This document shows positions 1 through 8,946 of a stretch of DNA of 64,000 nt, piece after piece. A program made the translations under genes and the position numbers. Location: NCBI GenBank assembly GCA_965223905.1, contig CBDCXV010000010.1, positions 832,001-896,000 on the forward strand. Direction: 5' to 3'. This DNA comes from Candidatus Latescibacterota bacterium. Lineage in GTDB: Bacteria > Latescibacterota > UBA2968 > UBA8231. Every line of letters starts with the position of its first letter. Position 1 is the stretch's first letter. The notes beneath the pieces were generated by a model. That model worked only from the letters and a program-made list of their open reading frames with translations. It was not told the origin of the DNA and searched no databases.

Positions 1-160
1 CGCTGCTGCCGTCGTCGACGAAGACGATCTCCGACGCCCGCGCAATGCGGTCGAGGGCCGCGTTCAGTTTTTCGCACAGCGCCGGCAGGCTCTCGCGCTC
101 GTTGTACACCGGGATCACCACCGAGATTTCCGGCGCCCTGCAGGCCTCTTCCGGGCTCAT
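1..160 (-). CDS. Glycosyltransferase family 2 (DPM1/ArnC-like), N-terminal part, runs off the window edge
   Basis: Manual translation from ATG at 160: MSPEEACRAPEISVVIPVYNERESLPALCEKL...EIVFVDDGSS, with the GT2 motifs SVVIPVYNE and VDDGS. Confidence 0.9.
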   Translation of the reverse strand, partial: MSPEEACRAPEISVVIPVYNERESLPALCEKLNAALDRIARASEIVFVDDGSS

Positions 161-349
161 CTACCGACTTTTCCGGTTTAGGCGCCGGGTTTCCGCCCCA
201 CCGCCGGCTATTCCGCACTTGCGTAAATCCATAATTTTATATTTCTCTTTAGTGGTTTCCCTCTGAAAACAGGGTATTTAATAGATACCACAAACTATAT
301 AGTATCTCGGAAATAAACTAAAGTTTGATACTCTCTGAAGAGAAAACTT

Positions 350-800
350 ATGAAAGACCTTGTCGCCGCTAATCCCGAAGTCTCCCCCGGGGTCCGCGAT
401 CTCGTCGAAGAGGGATTGTCCCCCGGCACCCGGAAAAACTACGAGCGAGCCCTTCGGGAACTCGAAAACGAGGTGGGACAGAGTACCGATTTCAGTCTTG
501 CGCATTTTCTGGAGGGGAGGTTTCGGGCCGGAATAGCCCCCGGAACCCTGAACACTACCATTAACGTAACGCCGTGAAGTTCCGGTCTCGACTGACTGGC
601 GATCCTTGCCCGATTGGTCCCCTCACAGAAAGAACGATTGCCGGGATTCGCCGCAAGGGTCGGAACAGGGGCCGGGGGCAAGTGGAGGGGCTGCAATGGG
701 CGGGAGTGGACGCTCTGGCTACTCTGGCGGCTGACGACGGCCTGTCAGAGTTTACGGGATGCGGCAATATTGGCGGTTGCCAGTGACGCCTGCTGCGCTC
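350..800 (+). pseudogene. Degraded Cre-like tyrosine recombinase/integrase, N-terminal remnant
   Basis: Three consecutive frames give SPGTRKNYERAL...IAPGTL / TIAGIRRKGRNRGRGQVEGLQW / SLRDAAILAVASDA (box I-like LRDxAIL). Frameshifted, with the catalytic C-terminus missing. Confidence 0.65.
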
Positions 801-1043
801 AGGGTAGATTGTCGCCGTCCGTTTTGAAGACCTGGAATGCCCCAACCCAACGGCTTGGAGTGGCTGGCAATTCGCTGCTCGATAACAGACCAAGCGGGGA
901 AACAGGCTCCGGCGATGTTAATCAAAACTTACAGCCGGTTCAGGGGCAATCCGCCCGCTCTCCTGTAGCCGCTCCGGCCGCTCCCCCGGCCTCCCCGCCG
1001 CCTTCCCTTGGTTGCTGCCCTCAGCCTTAATCTGCCGCACAGA

Positions 1044-1077
1044 AAAGCCCCGGATTCAAGGTGAAATCCGGGGCTTT
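1044..1077 (-). terminator. Rho-independent terminator hairpin
   Basis: AAAGCCCCGGATT-N8-AATCCGGGGCTTT perfect 13-bp stem just downstream of the 1099..1326 minus-strand gene. Confidence 0.8.
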
Positions 1078-1098
1078 GACTTCGGGGAAGGATGCAAG

Positions 1099-1326
1099 CT
1101 ATTCCGCATGACTTTCGTAGGGATCCGGCCGGCCCTTGATAAACTGCACCTCGCCGTGCAGCTCTTTTATGTCGGATTGGATGCGGTCGATTTTCGAGTC
1201 TACCTTGTCGATGCTCTTCGCTTGAGCCTCGTTTCCGTCATCAATGCGCTTTCCAAGGCTGTTCCAGGAAATCCCCATCAAAACGCCGACAATGACAATC
1301 AGTCCCGGAACTATCAAGCTTTCCAT
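1099..1326 (-). CDS. Small membrane-anchored coiled-coil protein, hypothetical
   Basis: Hydrophobic N-terminus LIVPGLIVIVGVLMGISW, then heptads IDKVDSKIDRIQSDIKEL; followed by a terminator. Confidence 0.65.
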   Translation of the reverse strand: MESLIVPGLIVIVGVLMGISWNSLGKRIDDGNEAQAKSIDKVDSKIDRIQSDIKELHGEVQFIKGRPDPYESHAE

Positions 1327-1376
1327 CGTTTCGGTCTCCTTGGTGGAAACAGCTGTCTGAAAGTGTCGGTTTCGGC

Positions 1377-2834
1377 ATGGGACCCGTCAAGAAGCAACCC
1401 CGTCCCGGCGCACACGTTCACCTGATCGCGGTCTGCGGCACCGCAATGGGATCGCTGGCCGCCATGCTCGCCGAGCGCGGCTGCCGGGTGACCGGCTCGG
1501 ACGCCCATACCTATCCGCCGATGAGCGATTTCCTCGAGCAGGCCCGCGTCGGCGTGTACGAGGGGTTCGACGCGGCCAGACTGTATCCGGCTCCCGACCT
1601 GGTGGTGGTGGGAAACGCGGTGTCGCGCGGCAATCCCGAGGTCGAGGCCACCCTCGACCGCCGCATCCCCTACACTAGCCTGCCCGAACTGTTGCGGGAC
1701 GCCTTCCTGGTTTCCAAGCGGCCCGTCGTCGTCACCGGCACGCACGGCAAGACCACGACCACGGCGATGGCCGCCCATCTGCTCGCCGCCGCCGGTCTCG
1801 ACCCCTCCTTCCTGGTCGCCGGGATTCCGCGCGACTTCCCGCGTCCGTACCGGCTGGGTTCGGGAAGCTGCTTCGTCATCGAGGGGGACGAGTACGACAG
1901 CGCCTTCTTCGCCAAGTTCCCCAAGTTCTTCTTCTACCGCCCCGAGCTTCTTCTCGTCAACAATATCGAGTACGACCACGCAGACCTGTACGCGAGTCTC
2001 GACGAGATCGAACGGGCCTTCCGCTACCTCCTCAACACCGTGCCGGGCAACGGCCTGATCCTTGCCAACGGGGACGACCCGGTGATCGCGCGGCTGCTGC
2101 CGCAGGCCCCGGCCCCGGTGCAGACCTTCGGCATGGGAAGCGCCTGCCGGTGGCGCGCCTCCGAGGTAGTGCAGGGTCGAGGCAGGCAGCAGTTCTCGAT
2201 ACTGGACGGAGAGCGCGTTTTCGGCCGCTTCGAGATCGGCCTGTGCGGCGAGCACAATCTCCGCAACGCCCTGGGAGCCGCGGCCGCGGCCGCCCACCTC
2301 GAAGTGCCGGCCGCGGCGATCGCCGGGGGACTGTCCTCATTCACCGGCATCCGGCGCCGCCAGGAACTGCTCGGGGAATTCGGGGGTATAACCGTTATCG
2401 ACGATTTCGCCCATCACCCGACCGCGGTCGAGAAGACCCTGCTCGGCCTGCGGGATGCCTACTCCCCCGCCCGCCTGTGGGCGGTGTTCGAGCCGGCGAG
2501 CGCAACCAACGCGAGAAATGTCTTCGAGCAGCGATACCTGCAGGCCTTCGCCGCCGCGGACCGCGTCACCCTCGCCGCGGTGCCGCGTCCCGAGCGCGCG
2601 CGCGGGGACGCCCCGTTCTCTTCCGAACGTCTGGCCGCGGAGCTGAGCCGCGGCGGCCTCCAGGCCTGCTGCGCCCCCTCGAAGCAGGAAATTCTGGACC
2701 TGCTCGCCGCCGAGGCGGCCGACGGGGACCTGGTGGTGTTCATGAGCAACGGGGGCTTCGGCGGGGTGCAGCAGTCGTTCGTCGATCTGCTGAAACGCCG
2801 AGGCGCAGAAAGCGGGGAATGCCCGCAGGTCTGA
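1377..2834 (+). CDS. mpl: Murein peptide ligase (UDP-MurNAc:L-Ala-gamma-D-Glu-mDAP ligase)
   Basis: HLIAVCGTAMGSLA, GTHGKTTT, EGDEYDSAFF, DDFAHHPT, MSNGGFGG. Confidence 0.92.
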   Translation: MGPVKKQPRPGAHVHLIAVCGTAMGSLAAMLAERGCRVTGSDAHTYPPMSDFLEQARVGVYEGFDAARLYPAPDLVVVGNAVSRGNPEVEATLDRRIPYTSLPELLRDAFLVSKRPVVVTGTHGKTTTTAMAAHLLAAAGLDPSFLVAGIPRDFPRPYRLGSGSCFVIEGDEYDSAFFAKFPKFFFYRPELLLVNNIEYDHADLYASLDEIERAFRYLLNTVPGNGLILANGDDPVIARLLPQAPAPVQTFGMGSACRWRASEVVQGRGRQQFSILDGERVFGRFEIGLCGEHNLRNALGAAAAAAHLEVPAAAIAGGLSSFTGIRRRQELLGEFGGITVIDDFAHHPTAVEKTLLGLRDAYSPARLWAVFEPASATNARNVFEQRYLQAFAAADRVTLAAVPRPERARGDAPFSSERLAAELSRGGLQACCAPSKQEILDLLAAEAADGDLVVFMSNGGFGGVQQSFVDLLKRRGAESGECPQV

Positions 2835-3817
2835 ACCGCCCCGGTGTGCTCGAGCCGGGGGATCTCGTGGCCCTGGTGGCCCCCTCCCGTCCCGCCTCGG
2901 AGCGGGGCCCGCGGGAGGCCGCGGCCTACCTCGAGCAGCTAGGCTACCGCGTCGAGATATCACCCTCCATCCACGACCGGCATTACTACCTCGCCGGAAC
3001 GGACGAAACCCGCGCCGCCGAGCTCAACCGCGTCTTCGCCGCCCCGGAGATCAGGGCGGTGTTCTGCGCCCGGGGAGGGTTCGGCAGCGGGCGTCTGCTC
3101 GACCGGCTCGAATACGACGCGGTCCGCAGCGACCCGAAGGTCGTCGCCGGCTTCAGCGACTCCACCGCCCTGCTGCTGGCGCTCTACTCGCGGGCCCGGC
3201 TGGCGGTCTTCAACGGCGCCCTGGCCGACTTCGACCTCGGCAAGCGCCGGGACCCCCTGGTCGAGGCCTCGCTCTGGCCGCTGGTGACCTCGCCGGAACC
3301 GCTCGGGGAGGTTCCCGAGGCCGCAGAGTCCATAGGGGTGGTGCGCCCCGGGACCGCGCGCGGGCCGCTGGTACCTGCCAATCTCGCCCTGCTGTGCAGT
3401 CTCCTCGGCACCCCGTTCTTCCCGCCGCTCGACGGCGCCCTTCTCGTCCTGGAGGACATCGAGGAGTACCCCTACCGCATCGACCGCATGCTCAACCAGC
3501 TGCGCCTGGCCGGTGTCTTCGAGCGCCTCGGCGGCCTTCTGTTCGGGCAGTTCAGGGACTGTTTCACCGCCGAAGAGATGGAGGAAGCGCCGACCCTGGC
3601 AGAGCTCGCCCTCGAGCATGCCCGGGAGACCGATTTCCCCATCGTCGCCGGCCTTCCGTTCAGCCATTTCCCTCGCCGCCTGGTGCTTCCGGTCGGGATC
3701 GGCACGGAGCTCGACACCTCGGTCCCCTCCCTGAAGATCACCGAAGCCGCCGTGGTGAATCCTGCCGGGTGCTCAAGAAGGATTTCTGCAGGCACCCCAT
3801 CCATCCCTCCAGAATAG
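2819..3817 (+). CDS. ldcA: LD-carboxypeptidase, peptidase S66
   Basis: ATG at 2819 overlaps the mpl end; LVAPS, RGGFGS, GFSDST nucleophile, LEDIEE, FSH motifs. Confidence 0.9.
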   Translation: MPAGLNRPGVLEPGDLVALVAPSRPASERGPREAAAYLEQLGYRVEISPSIHDRHYYLAGTDETRAAELNRVFAAPEIRAVFCARGGFGSGRLLDRLEYDAVRSDPKVVAGFSDSTALLLALYSRARLAVFNGALADFDLGKRRDPLVEASLWPLVTSPEPLGEVPEAAESIGVVRPGTARGPLVPANLALLCSLLGTPFFPPLDGALLVLEDIEEYPYRIDRMLNQLRLAGVFERLGGLLFGQFRDCFTAEEMEEAPTLAELALEHARETDFPIVAGLPFSHFPRRLVLPVGIGTELDTSVPSLKITEAAVVNPAGCSRRISAGTPSIPPE

Positions 3818-3836
3818 GGAGGCTGCAGAGGCTACC

Positions 3837-4517
3837 ATGAAATCCAGGTTCGCCCTGTTCTTCCTGCTTTGCGTCCTGGCGCTCGGCGCCTGCGGCGAAG
3901 GCGATCCTGTTTCATCCCGCCAACCGGCCGCGAATTCCGGGACTACCGCCAAGCGCATATCCAGCAGCGTGACCTTCAGCACCCCTGTCGCCGGTCTGGC
4001 CGAGTCCCGGATGTCCGGGGCGGACACGGTGGGCACCGATTCGACGAACGTGATTACCGGGAACCCGGACACCATGGGCACCGACTCGACGGACGTGATT
4101 ACCGCAAACCCGGACACTTCGGAGAAGGGCATGGATCCCGGACAGTCGGGAACCCTGGTTTTCACCGGAACCGCAGATGCGACCGAAGAATGGGGTAGGG
4201 ATGCTTTCGAGTTGACCGATGCAACGATAACCGGTGATACCCTTGCCGTTACGGTGTCGTACAGCGGTGGATGTCAAGACCACCAATTCACGTTGGTCGC
4301 CTCCGCTTCCTTCCTGGAGTCCGACCCGGTACAGCTCGAGGTTGCTCTCGCCCACAATGCCAACGCCGACCTTTGCATGGCGTGGTTGACCGAAGACTAT
4401 CTCTTCAGCCTCGTCCCGATCAAAGAGCGGTTCCAGAGTCAGTACCAGGATTCGGGCAGAATCGTTCTGCAACTCGAAGATGCTCCCGATGAACTCCTCT
4501 ACGAGTTCGCGGAGTAA
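3837..4517 (+). CDS. Lipoprotein, hypothetical (possibly NigD-like C-terminal domain)
   Basis: Lipobox LGAC, Thr/Asp-rich repeat linker, YSGGCxxHxF...ESDPVQ...C domain. Confidence 0.75.
   Translation: MKSRFALFFLLCVLALGACGEGDPVSSRQPAANSGTTAKRISSSVTFSTPVAGLAESRMSGADTVGTDSTNVITGNPDTMGTDSTDVITANPDTSEKGMDPGQSGTLVFTGTADATEEWGRDAFELTDATITGDTLAVTVSYSGGCQDHQFTLVASASFLESDPVQLEVALAHNANADLCMAWLTEDYLFSLVPIKERFQSQYQDSGRIVLQLEDAPDELLYEFAE
4021..4117 (+). repeat. In-frame 48-bp tandem repeat, about 2 copies
   Basis: DTVGTDSTNVITGNP / DTMGTDSTDVITANP. Confidence 0.8.
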
Positions 4518-4931
4518 CGCCGGCCGGAGGCTGAGGGCCAGACGCGGCCCGGATTCGCTTCATCCCACCACGCCGGCTGCGGACCGGTGAGGGCCTTGGG
4601 CAGGCCGGGAGACGGTCAGGTGGCCGGCGGAACGGTGCCGGCGCCAGGAGCCAGGTGAACAGCCCGCTCGGTCTGCGACCGGCCCTGGCCGCCGGTTTGC
4701 GCGCCTCGAAGCGACTTTCACCACGGCTCCTGGTCCTTGATGGAATCCCGCTCGTGCGGACCGCTACCCCACACAGGTCCCCGGGGAATCGGTCGGAGTC
4801 CGAAGAGCACGACAGGGACCACACTTCGCCCCCACAGGTCCCGGGTCCGCCCTCTTTCCAGCCGCCCCGGGAATCCGCGGGCAGGCGATGCCGAGGGCCG
4901 ACATCCGCGGCGTTGTCGACAGAGGCGATGG

Positions 4932-5720
4932 TTAGCCGCCCGCGGCCGCAAGCGGCTGAATGCGAAACTTGACCACGCCCCAGCTGCTCCCTTCGACCGC
5001 AGTGGGGGTGGACTCGCCGGACTCGGTGGACTCCTCCCCCTCCGGCCCGGTCCCTGTTTCCGTCGACTCCGACTCCCCTGTTCCCCCCGTCGACAGCGTC
5101 ATCAGCCGCTCGGGAATGCTTCCGGGCGTTCCCAGCTCGACGCTGCCGTCGTCCCATCCGCTCGCTTCGGTCGCGGTTTCCCACGCCTGTTCAAGCGAGC
5201 CGTCGGTGTCGAACTCGACCCGCACCATCGCCGCCTTCTGCTTGTTGTCTCCCGCCAGGGGAGCGCCGCTGCCGTCATCCGCGGAGTCGACCAGGTTTCC
5301 GCCCGCCCCGGGGTCGCCGTCGTAGAGGCGCAGCTGCAGCTTGCTGTTGGGCAGCGCCACCGCGGTCGCCACGACGTCGGGATCGGCGCTGATCTGCGAG
5401 CGCGCAGCGCCGTAGTTGGCGATCAGGAACGCCTCCCCCGGGGCGATGCTGCCCTCGCTGAGCTGGAGCATCACCGTCTCCTCGCCGTCTTTCCCCGTTT
5501 GCGTGATGACCCAGCCGCTGAGATCCCGCGCCGAGGACCCGCGGTTGTAGAGCTCGATCCACTCGTCGGCGCTCGAGGACTCGCTTCCCATCCACATAAG
5601 CTCGCTGAACACCACGTCACCCGGTTCCGCCGCAGCGACCGGGGTGCTGAAGGGGGCCGCTCCCAGCAGGAAGGCCAAGAGCAGGCTGGTACACCTCAAA
5701 ATGGTTCGGGCAGGTTTCAT
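4932..5720 (-). CDS. Secreted lamin-tail-domain (LTD) protein with C-terminal TAVEGSSWGVVK tag
   Basis: Signal peptide ending AAA; VVFSELMWMG, DEWIELYN, DLSGW, GTPG motifs; start taken as ATG 5720. Confidence 0.85.
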   Translation of the reverse strand: MKPARTILRCTSLLLAFLLGAAPFSTPVAAAEPGDVVFSELMWMGSESSSADEWIELYNRGSSARDLSGWVITQTGKDGEETVMLQLSEGSIAPGEAFLIANYGAARSQISADPDVVATAVALPNSKLQLRLYDGDPGAGGNLVDSADDGSGAPLAGDNKQKAAMVRVEFDTDGSLEQAWETATEASGWDDGSVELGTPGSIPERLMTLSTGGTGESESTETGTGPEGEESTESGESTPTAVEGSSWGVVKFRIQPLAAAGG

Positions 5721-6038
5721 GTCGCAGTCTCCTTTTTGGTGTGAAGGTTTCCGATTCCCTGCGAATCGGCTGACTGCGACCTGCAATTCCTGTGCCGCTT
5801 GCGAAGGCATCTCCTGGAGCGGTCCCAAGGCCTTTTTTTACAGGAGGTTACGCACCAGATCCCCCTCCCGGGCTCGAGCGGCCTTGCGGCACCAGGCCCA
5901 CACAGGTGTCACCGGAACCACATATCCGGCGGGAATGTCCCGCAGCGACGGCGACCATTCCGGGCAGGCGCTGATGTCGCCTGCGGCTGCATTGACGTAC
6001 CCTTCGCCACGATCCCCGAAACCCGGAAAGGAGAGGTC

Positions 6039-6995
6039 GTGAAGATTCTCCTGCGCCAGTCCGATCTGTCGGACGAGTACCTGCGCTTCGCGGCCCAGAT
6101 CGGGGCCGACGGCATCGACATCCACAACGCCGAGAGCGTCCCCGGCTGGATGGAGCAGGGGTACCCGGATGCCGATGAGCTGAAAAGGATCAAGGAGCGG
6201 ATCGAAGGGGCCGGCCTGCGGCTCTACCGGCTCGCGCCCCCGGACGAGCCGTGCAACTTCATGCTCGGCCTTCCCGGCGGGGAGAAGGACATCGACGACC
6301 TGATCCGCACCATCGAGATCATGGGCCGGCTCCGCATCCCCTTCCTGTCGACCCCCTTCCACTTCGACCACCCGGGCCATCGCGGCGGCCAGCTGTTCGA
6401 GCACCGCGGCGGCTACAAAATGGGCGGCTTCAGCGCCGACAGGATGAACGCCAGTTTCGCCGCCGAGCCCTGGAACCCGCCGGTCTCCATCGAGGATCAC
6501 TGGCAGCGCTCCCTGGAGATGCTGCGGGCCCTGGTCCCGGCCGCGGAGAGCCACGACGTCAGGCTGATCACCCACCCCGGGGATCCGCCGCTGTCCAACT
6601 GCTACGTCTCCCCCCAGCGCTGGACCGACCTTATGGATCTGGTCCCCAGCCCGCACAACGGCCTGCTCTACTGCGTCGGCACCCGCTACGAGTCCGGGGT
6701 CGACATTCACGAGGACATCCGCCGCTACGGGCGCAAGGGGCAGATCTTCCACACCCACATCCGCAACGTCCGCGGCCAGATCCCCACTCACGGCGGCTAC
6801 CAGGAGGTGGCCATCGACGACGGCGACATGGATCTGCTTTCCGTGCTGCACACCCTGCGGGAAGTCGGCTTCGACGGCGGCCTCCAGCTCGACCACATGC
6901 CCAGCTTCGACGGCGACGACCGGCACCGGAGGATCGCCTGGGCGCACGCCGTCGGGTACGTGCAGGCGCTGCTCGCCGCCATGGGGCTCAGGTAA
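6039..6995 (+). CDS. Mannonate dehydratase-like (UxuA family)
   Basis: GTG start after GGAGAGG; HPGDPP, HTHIRNVRG, DDGDMD, DHMP motifs. Confidence 0.85.
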   Translation: MKILLRQSDLSDEYLRFAAQIGADGIDIHNAESVPGWMEQGYPDADELKRIKERIEGAGLRLYRLAPPDEPCNFMLGLPGGEKDIDDLIRTIEIMGRLRIPFLSTPFHFDHPGHRGGQLFEHRGGYKMGGFSADRMNASFAAEPWNPPVSIEDHWQRSLEMLRALVPAAESHDVRLITHPGDPPLSNCYVSPQRWTDLMDLVPSPHNGLLYCVGTRYESGVDIHEDIRRYGRKGQIFHTHIRNVRGQIPTHGGYQEVAIDDGDMDLLSVLHTLREVGFDGGLQLDHMPSFDGDDRHRRIAWAHAVGYVQALLAAMGLR

Positions 6996-7043
6996 ACCGC
7001 ACCTTAGCCGAGCCCTGATTTTTTTCTTGTGAAATCGCATGGC

Positions 7044-7072
7044 TTGACCCTTCTTATACAACATAGTAGTAT
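7044..7072 (+). promoter_or_regulatory. Sigma70-type promoter
   Basis: TTGACC-17 bp-TAGTAT upstream of AGGAG RBS (7125) and the 7139 start. Confidence 0.7.
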
Positions 7073-7138
7073 GAAGCACATCGCTGGAAAGCTGCGTCCG
7101 CAGCGTCACCTTCACCCTTTTCATAGGAGTTGATCGAG

Positions 7139-8053
7139 ATGAAAAGAATTGCGTTGATCGCGGCCCTGGCCGCGGTCGTGGCCATGGTAGGTAGCTCGTG
7201 GGGTGGAGATCCCACCTATACCTACGAGATCCCCCACATCCCAGATAGCATGGTGCCGGAGGTAGATGGCGATCTAAGCGATCCTGCCTGGACCAACTAC
7301 CCCATGGAGTATGCCATCGTCCACCCGGGTGGAGATATTCCCCTGACGAATGGACGAGGGATTGGAGCGGACGTCCCCGATGCCGCCGACTACTCCGCGA
7401 CGATCAAGTGGGGCTGGAACGATGGCACCAACAAGCTGTACATAGCCATCGACGAGTTCGACGACATCTTCTACGTCGACACGCCGGCTGAGTGGTGGAA
7501 TGATGATGTCTGGCAGATCCACATGGATGGCAAGCTCTGGAACGGCCCTTACGAGTACACAAACCAACTACCGGAAGAGGAGTGGGGGGCCCACGCGCAA
7601 CAGTGGGAGTTCACACAGGGCGAGCACTGGTGGGGTGCTGCGAACAACATCAATCTCGAAACTCCCAAGGGCAACCAGGAACCTGCCATGGAGCCCTGGG
7701 CCAAAGTCGCGTTCGGAAACACGCCCCCCCAGAACGGCGATACGAACGTGAATCTGATCTACGAGCTTTACATCACTACCTGGGAATACATCGACTCGAC
7801 GGACAACAGCAAATCCGTTCCATGGGACATGGAAGGCGGAAACGTCATGGGGTTGCTGCTGTCGCGTTATGAAGACGACGAAGGAGGAGCCACCCTGAAT
7901 GTAGAATGGCAGACTGGAGGCGCGTACCAAACGACAGATTCTTCGACCTTCAATGAGGTCGTCCTCCTCTCTCCCGGCGAAGTTGAATGGCCCGACTCGG
8001 GAACCGCGGTCGAGTCTTCCACCTGGGCTCGCATCAAAGCCTCCTTGTTCTAA
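7139..8053 (+). CDS. Secreted CBM9/DOMON-like protein with C-terminal TAVESSTWARIKASLF tag
   Basis: Signal peptide; PEVDGDLSD.W, WNDGTNKLYIAIDEFDD, YELYI motifs; Trp/Asp-rich. Confidence 0.8.
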   Translation: MKRIALIAALAAVVAMVGSSWGGDPTYTYEIPHIPDSMVPEVDGDLSDPAWTNYPMEYAIVHPGGDIPLTNGRGIGADVPDAADYSATIKWGWNDGTNKLYIAIDEFDDIFYVDTPAEWWNDDVWQIHMDGKLWNGPYEYTNQLPEEEWGAHAQQWEFTQGEHWWGAANNINLETPKGNQEPAMEPWAKVAFGNTPPQNGDTNVNLIYELYITTWEYIDSTDNSKSVPWDMEGGNVMGLLLSRYEDDEGGATLNVEWQTGGAYQTTDSSTFNEVVLLSPGEVEWPDSGTAVESSTWARIKASLF

Positions 8054-8068
8054 AGGTGGTCCTGCAGG

Positions 8069-8104
8069 AAAAACGGGGGAAAGTCGAGCTTTCCCCCGTT
8101 TTTT
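8069..8104 (+). terminator. Rho-independent terminator
   Basis: AAAAACGGGGGAAAG-TCGAG-CTTTCCCCCGTTTTTT. Confidence 0.85.
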
Positions 8105-8127
8105 CTTTGGTTCTTTTCTAGTCGAAG

Positions 8128-8907
8128 ATGCTATCTCTTTTTTGCTCTCGCCGGTTCTGGACCCGGATATCCGTAAGCGCCTGGCTGTTTTCGGTGCTCT
8201 CTCTGGGTATGCTTTCATGCGGCTATCGGTTCTGGGCCGGAAAACTGACCCCTGCGGACGAAGAGATGCAGGAGCCGGGGATGAGGGTGAACGACGACGG
8301 AACGGTAACCTTCATCAAGGAACGACTCGAGCTCGCCGTGCGGCCCCTCACAGTCGCCGAGTTGAACCGGCAGTTTCCCCAAAACTCCCAGGGCGGAACC
8401 GAATCGACCAATCCCTTCACCTTCGGGGACTGGAAAGATCCGAGGACGGGCGAGGTCCCGGATCGTTTTCTGGTTTTTTCTCTCAAGGTAAAGAACTACT
8501 CTCATCCCAAGATCCGGGTCGATCCGTCCAATGCCCACATCACCACCGATGTCGGCATGACCTATCTGCCCCTGGGGAAGCTGGATCTGGAGCGCTATTT
8601 CCGGACCTACGTTACCGGGTACGCCGGTGTGCCGTACTTGCGCTTCGAGGAACGCAAGGATACTGCGAGGGCGACCCTTTTTCCGGGCGATGTCGTCTTC
8701 AGCGGTCAGGAAGCCGAAGGGTACCTGGTTTTCCCCAACTTGCACCAAGAGGTCAAGACGGTAGTTCTCAACCTGAATGAGGTAGCTCTGCGTTTCAACT
8801 ACGCCAACGACCCAATTGAAACGATCGATGTGCAGTACAGATTCCAGCGGGAAACCGGCCGCCTCTACACGGACGGCAGGCTGGTGAAAAACAATCCGGG
8901 GTACTGA
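8128..8907 (+). CDS. Probable lipoprotein, hypothetical
   Basis: Hydrophobic segment ending MLSC (lipobox-like); beta-rich body. Confidence 0.75.
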   Translation: MLSLFCSRRFWTRISVSAWLFSVLSLGMLSCGYRFWAGKLTPADEEMQEPGMRVNDDGTVTFIKERLELAVRPLTVAELNRQFPQNSQGGTESTNPFTFGDWKDPRTGEVPDRFLVFSLKVKNYSHPKIRVDPSNAHITTDVGMTYLPLGKLDLERYFRTYVTGYAGVPYLRFEERKDTARATLFPGDVVFSGQEAEGYLVFPNLHQEVKTVVLNLNEVALRFNYANDPIETIDVQYRFQRETGRLYTDGRLVKNNPGY

Positions 8908-8946
8908 AGAACTGCAGGACTACAGGAACCGCAACCGGGGGCAGGA

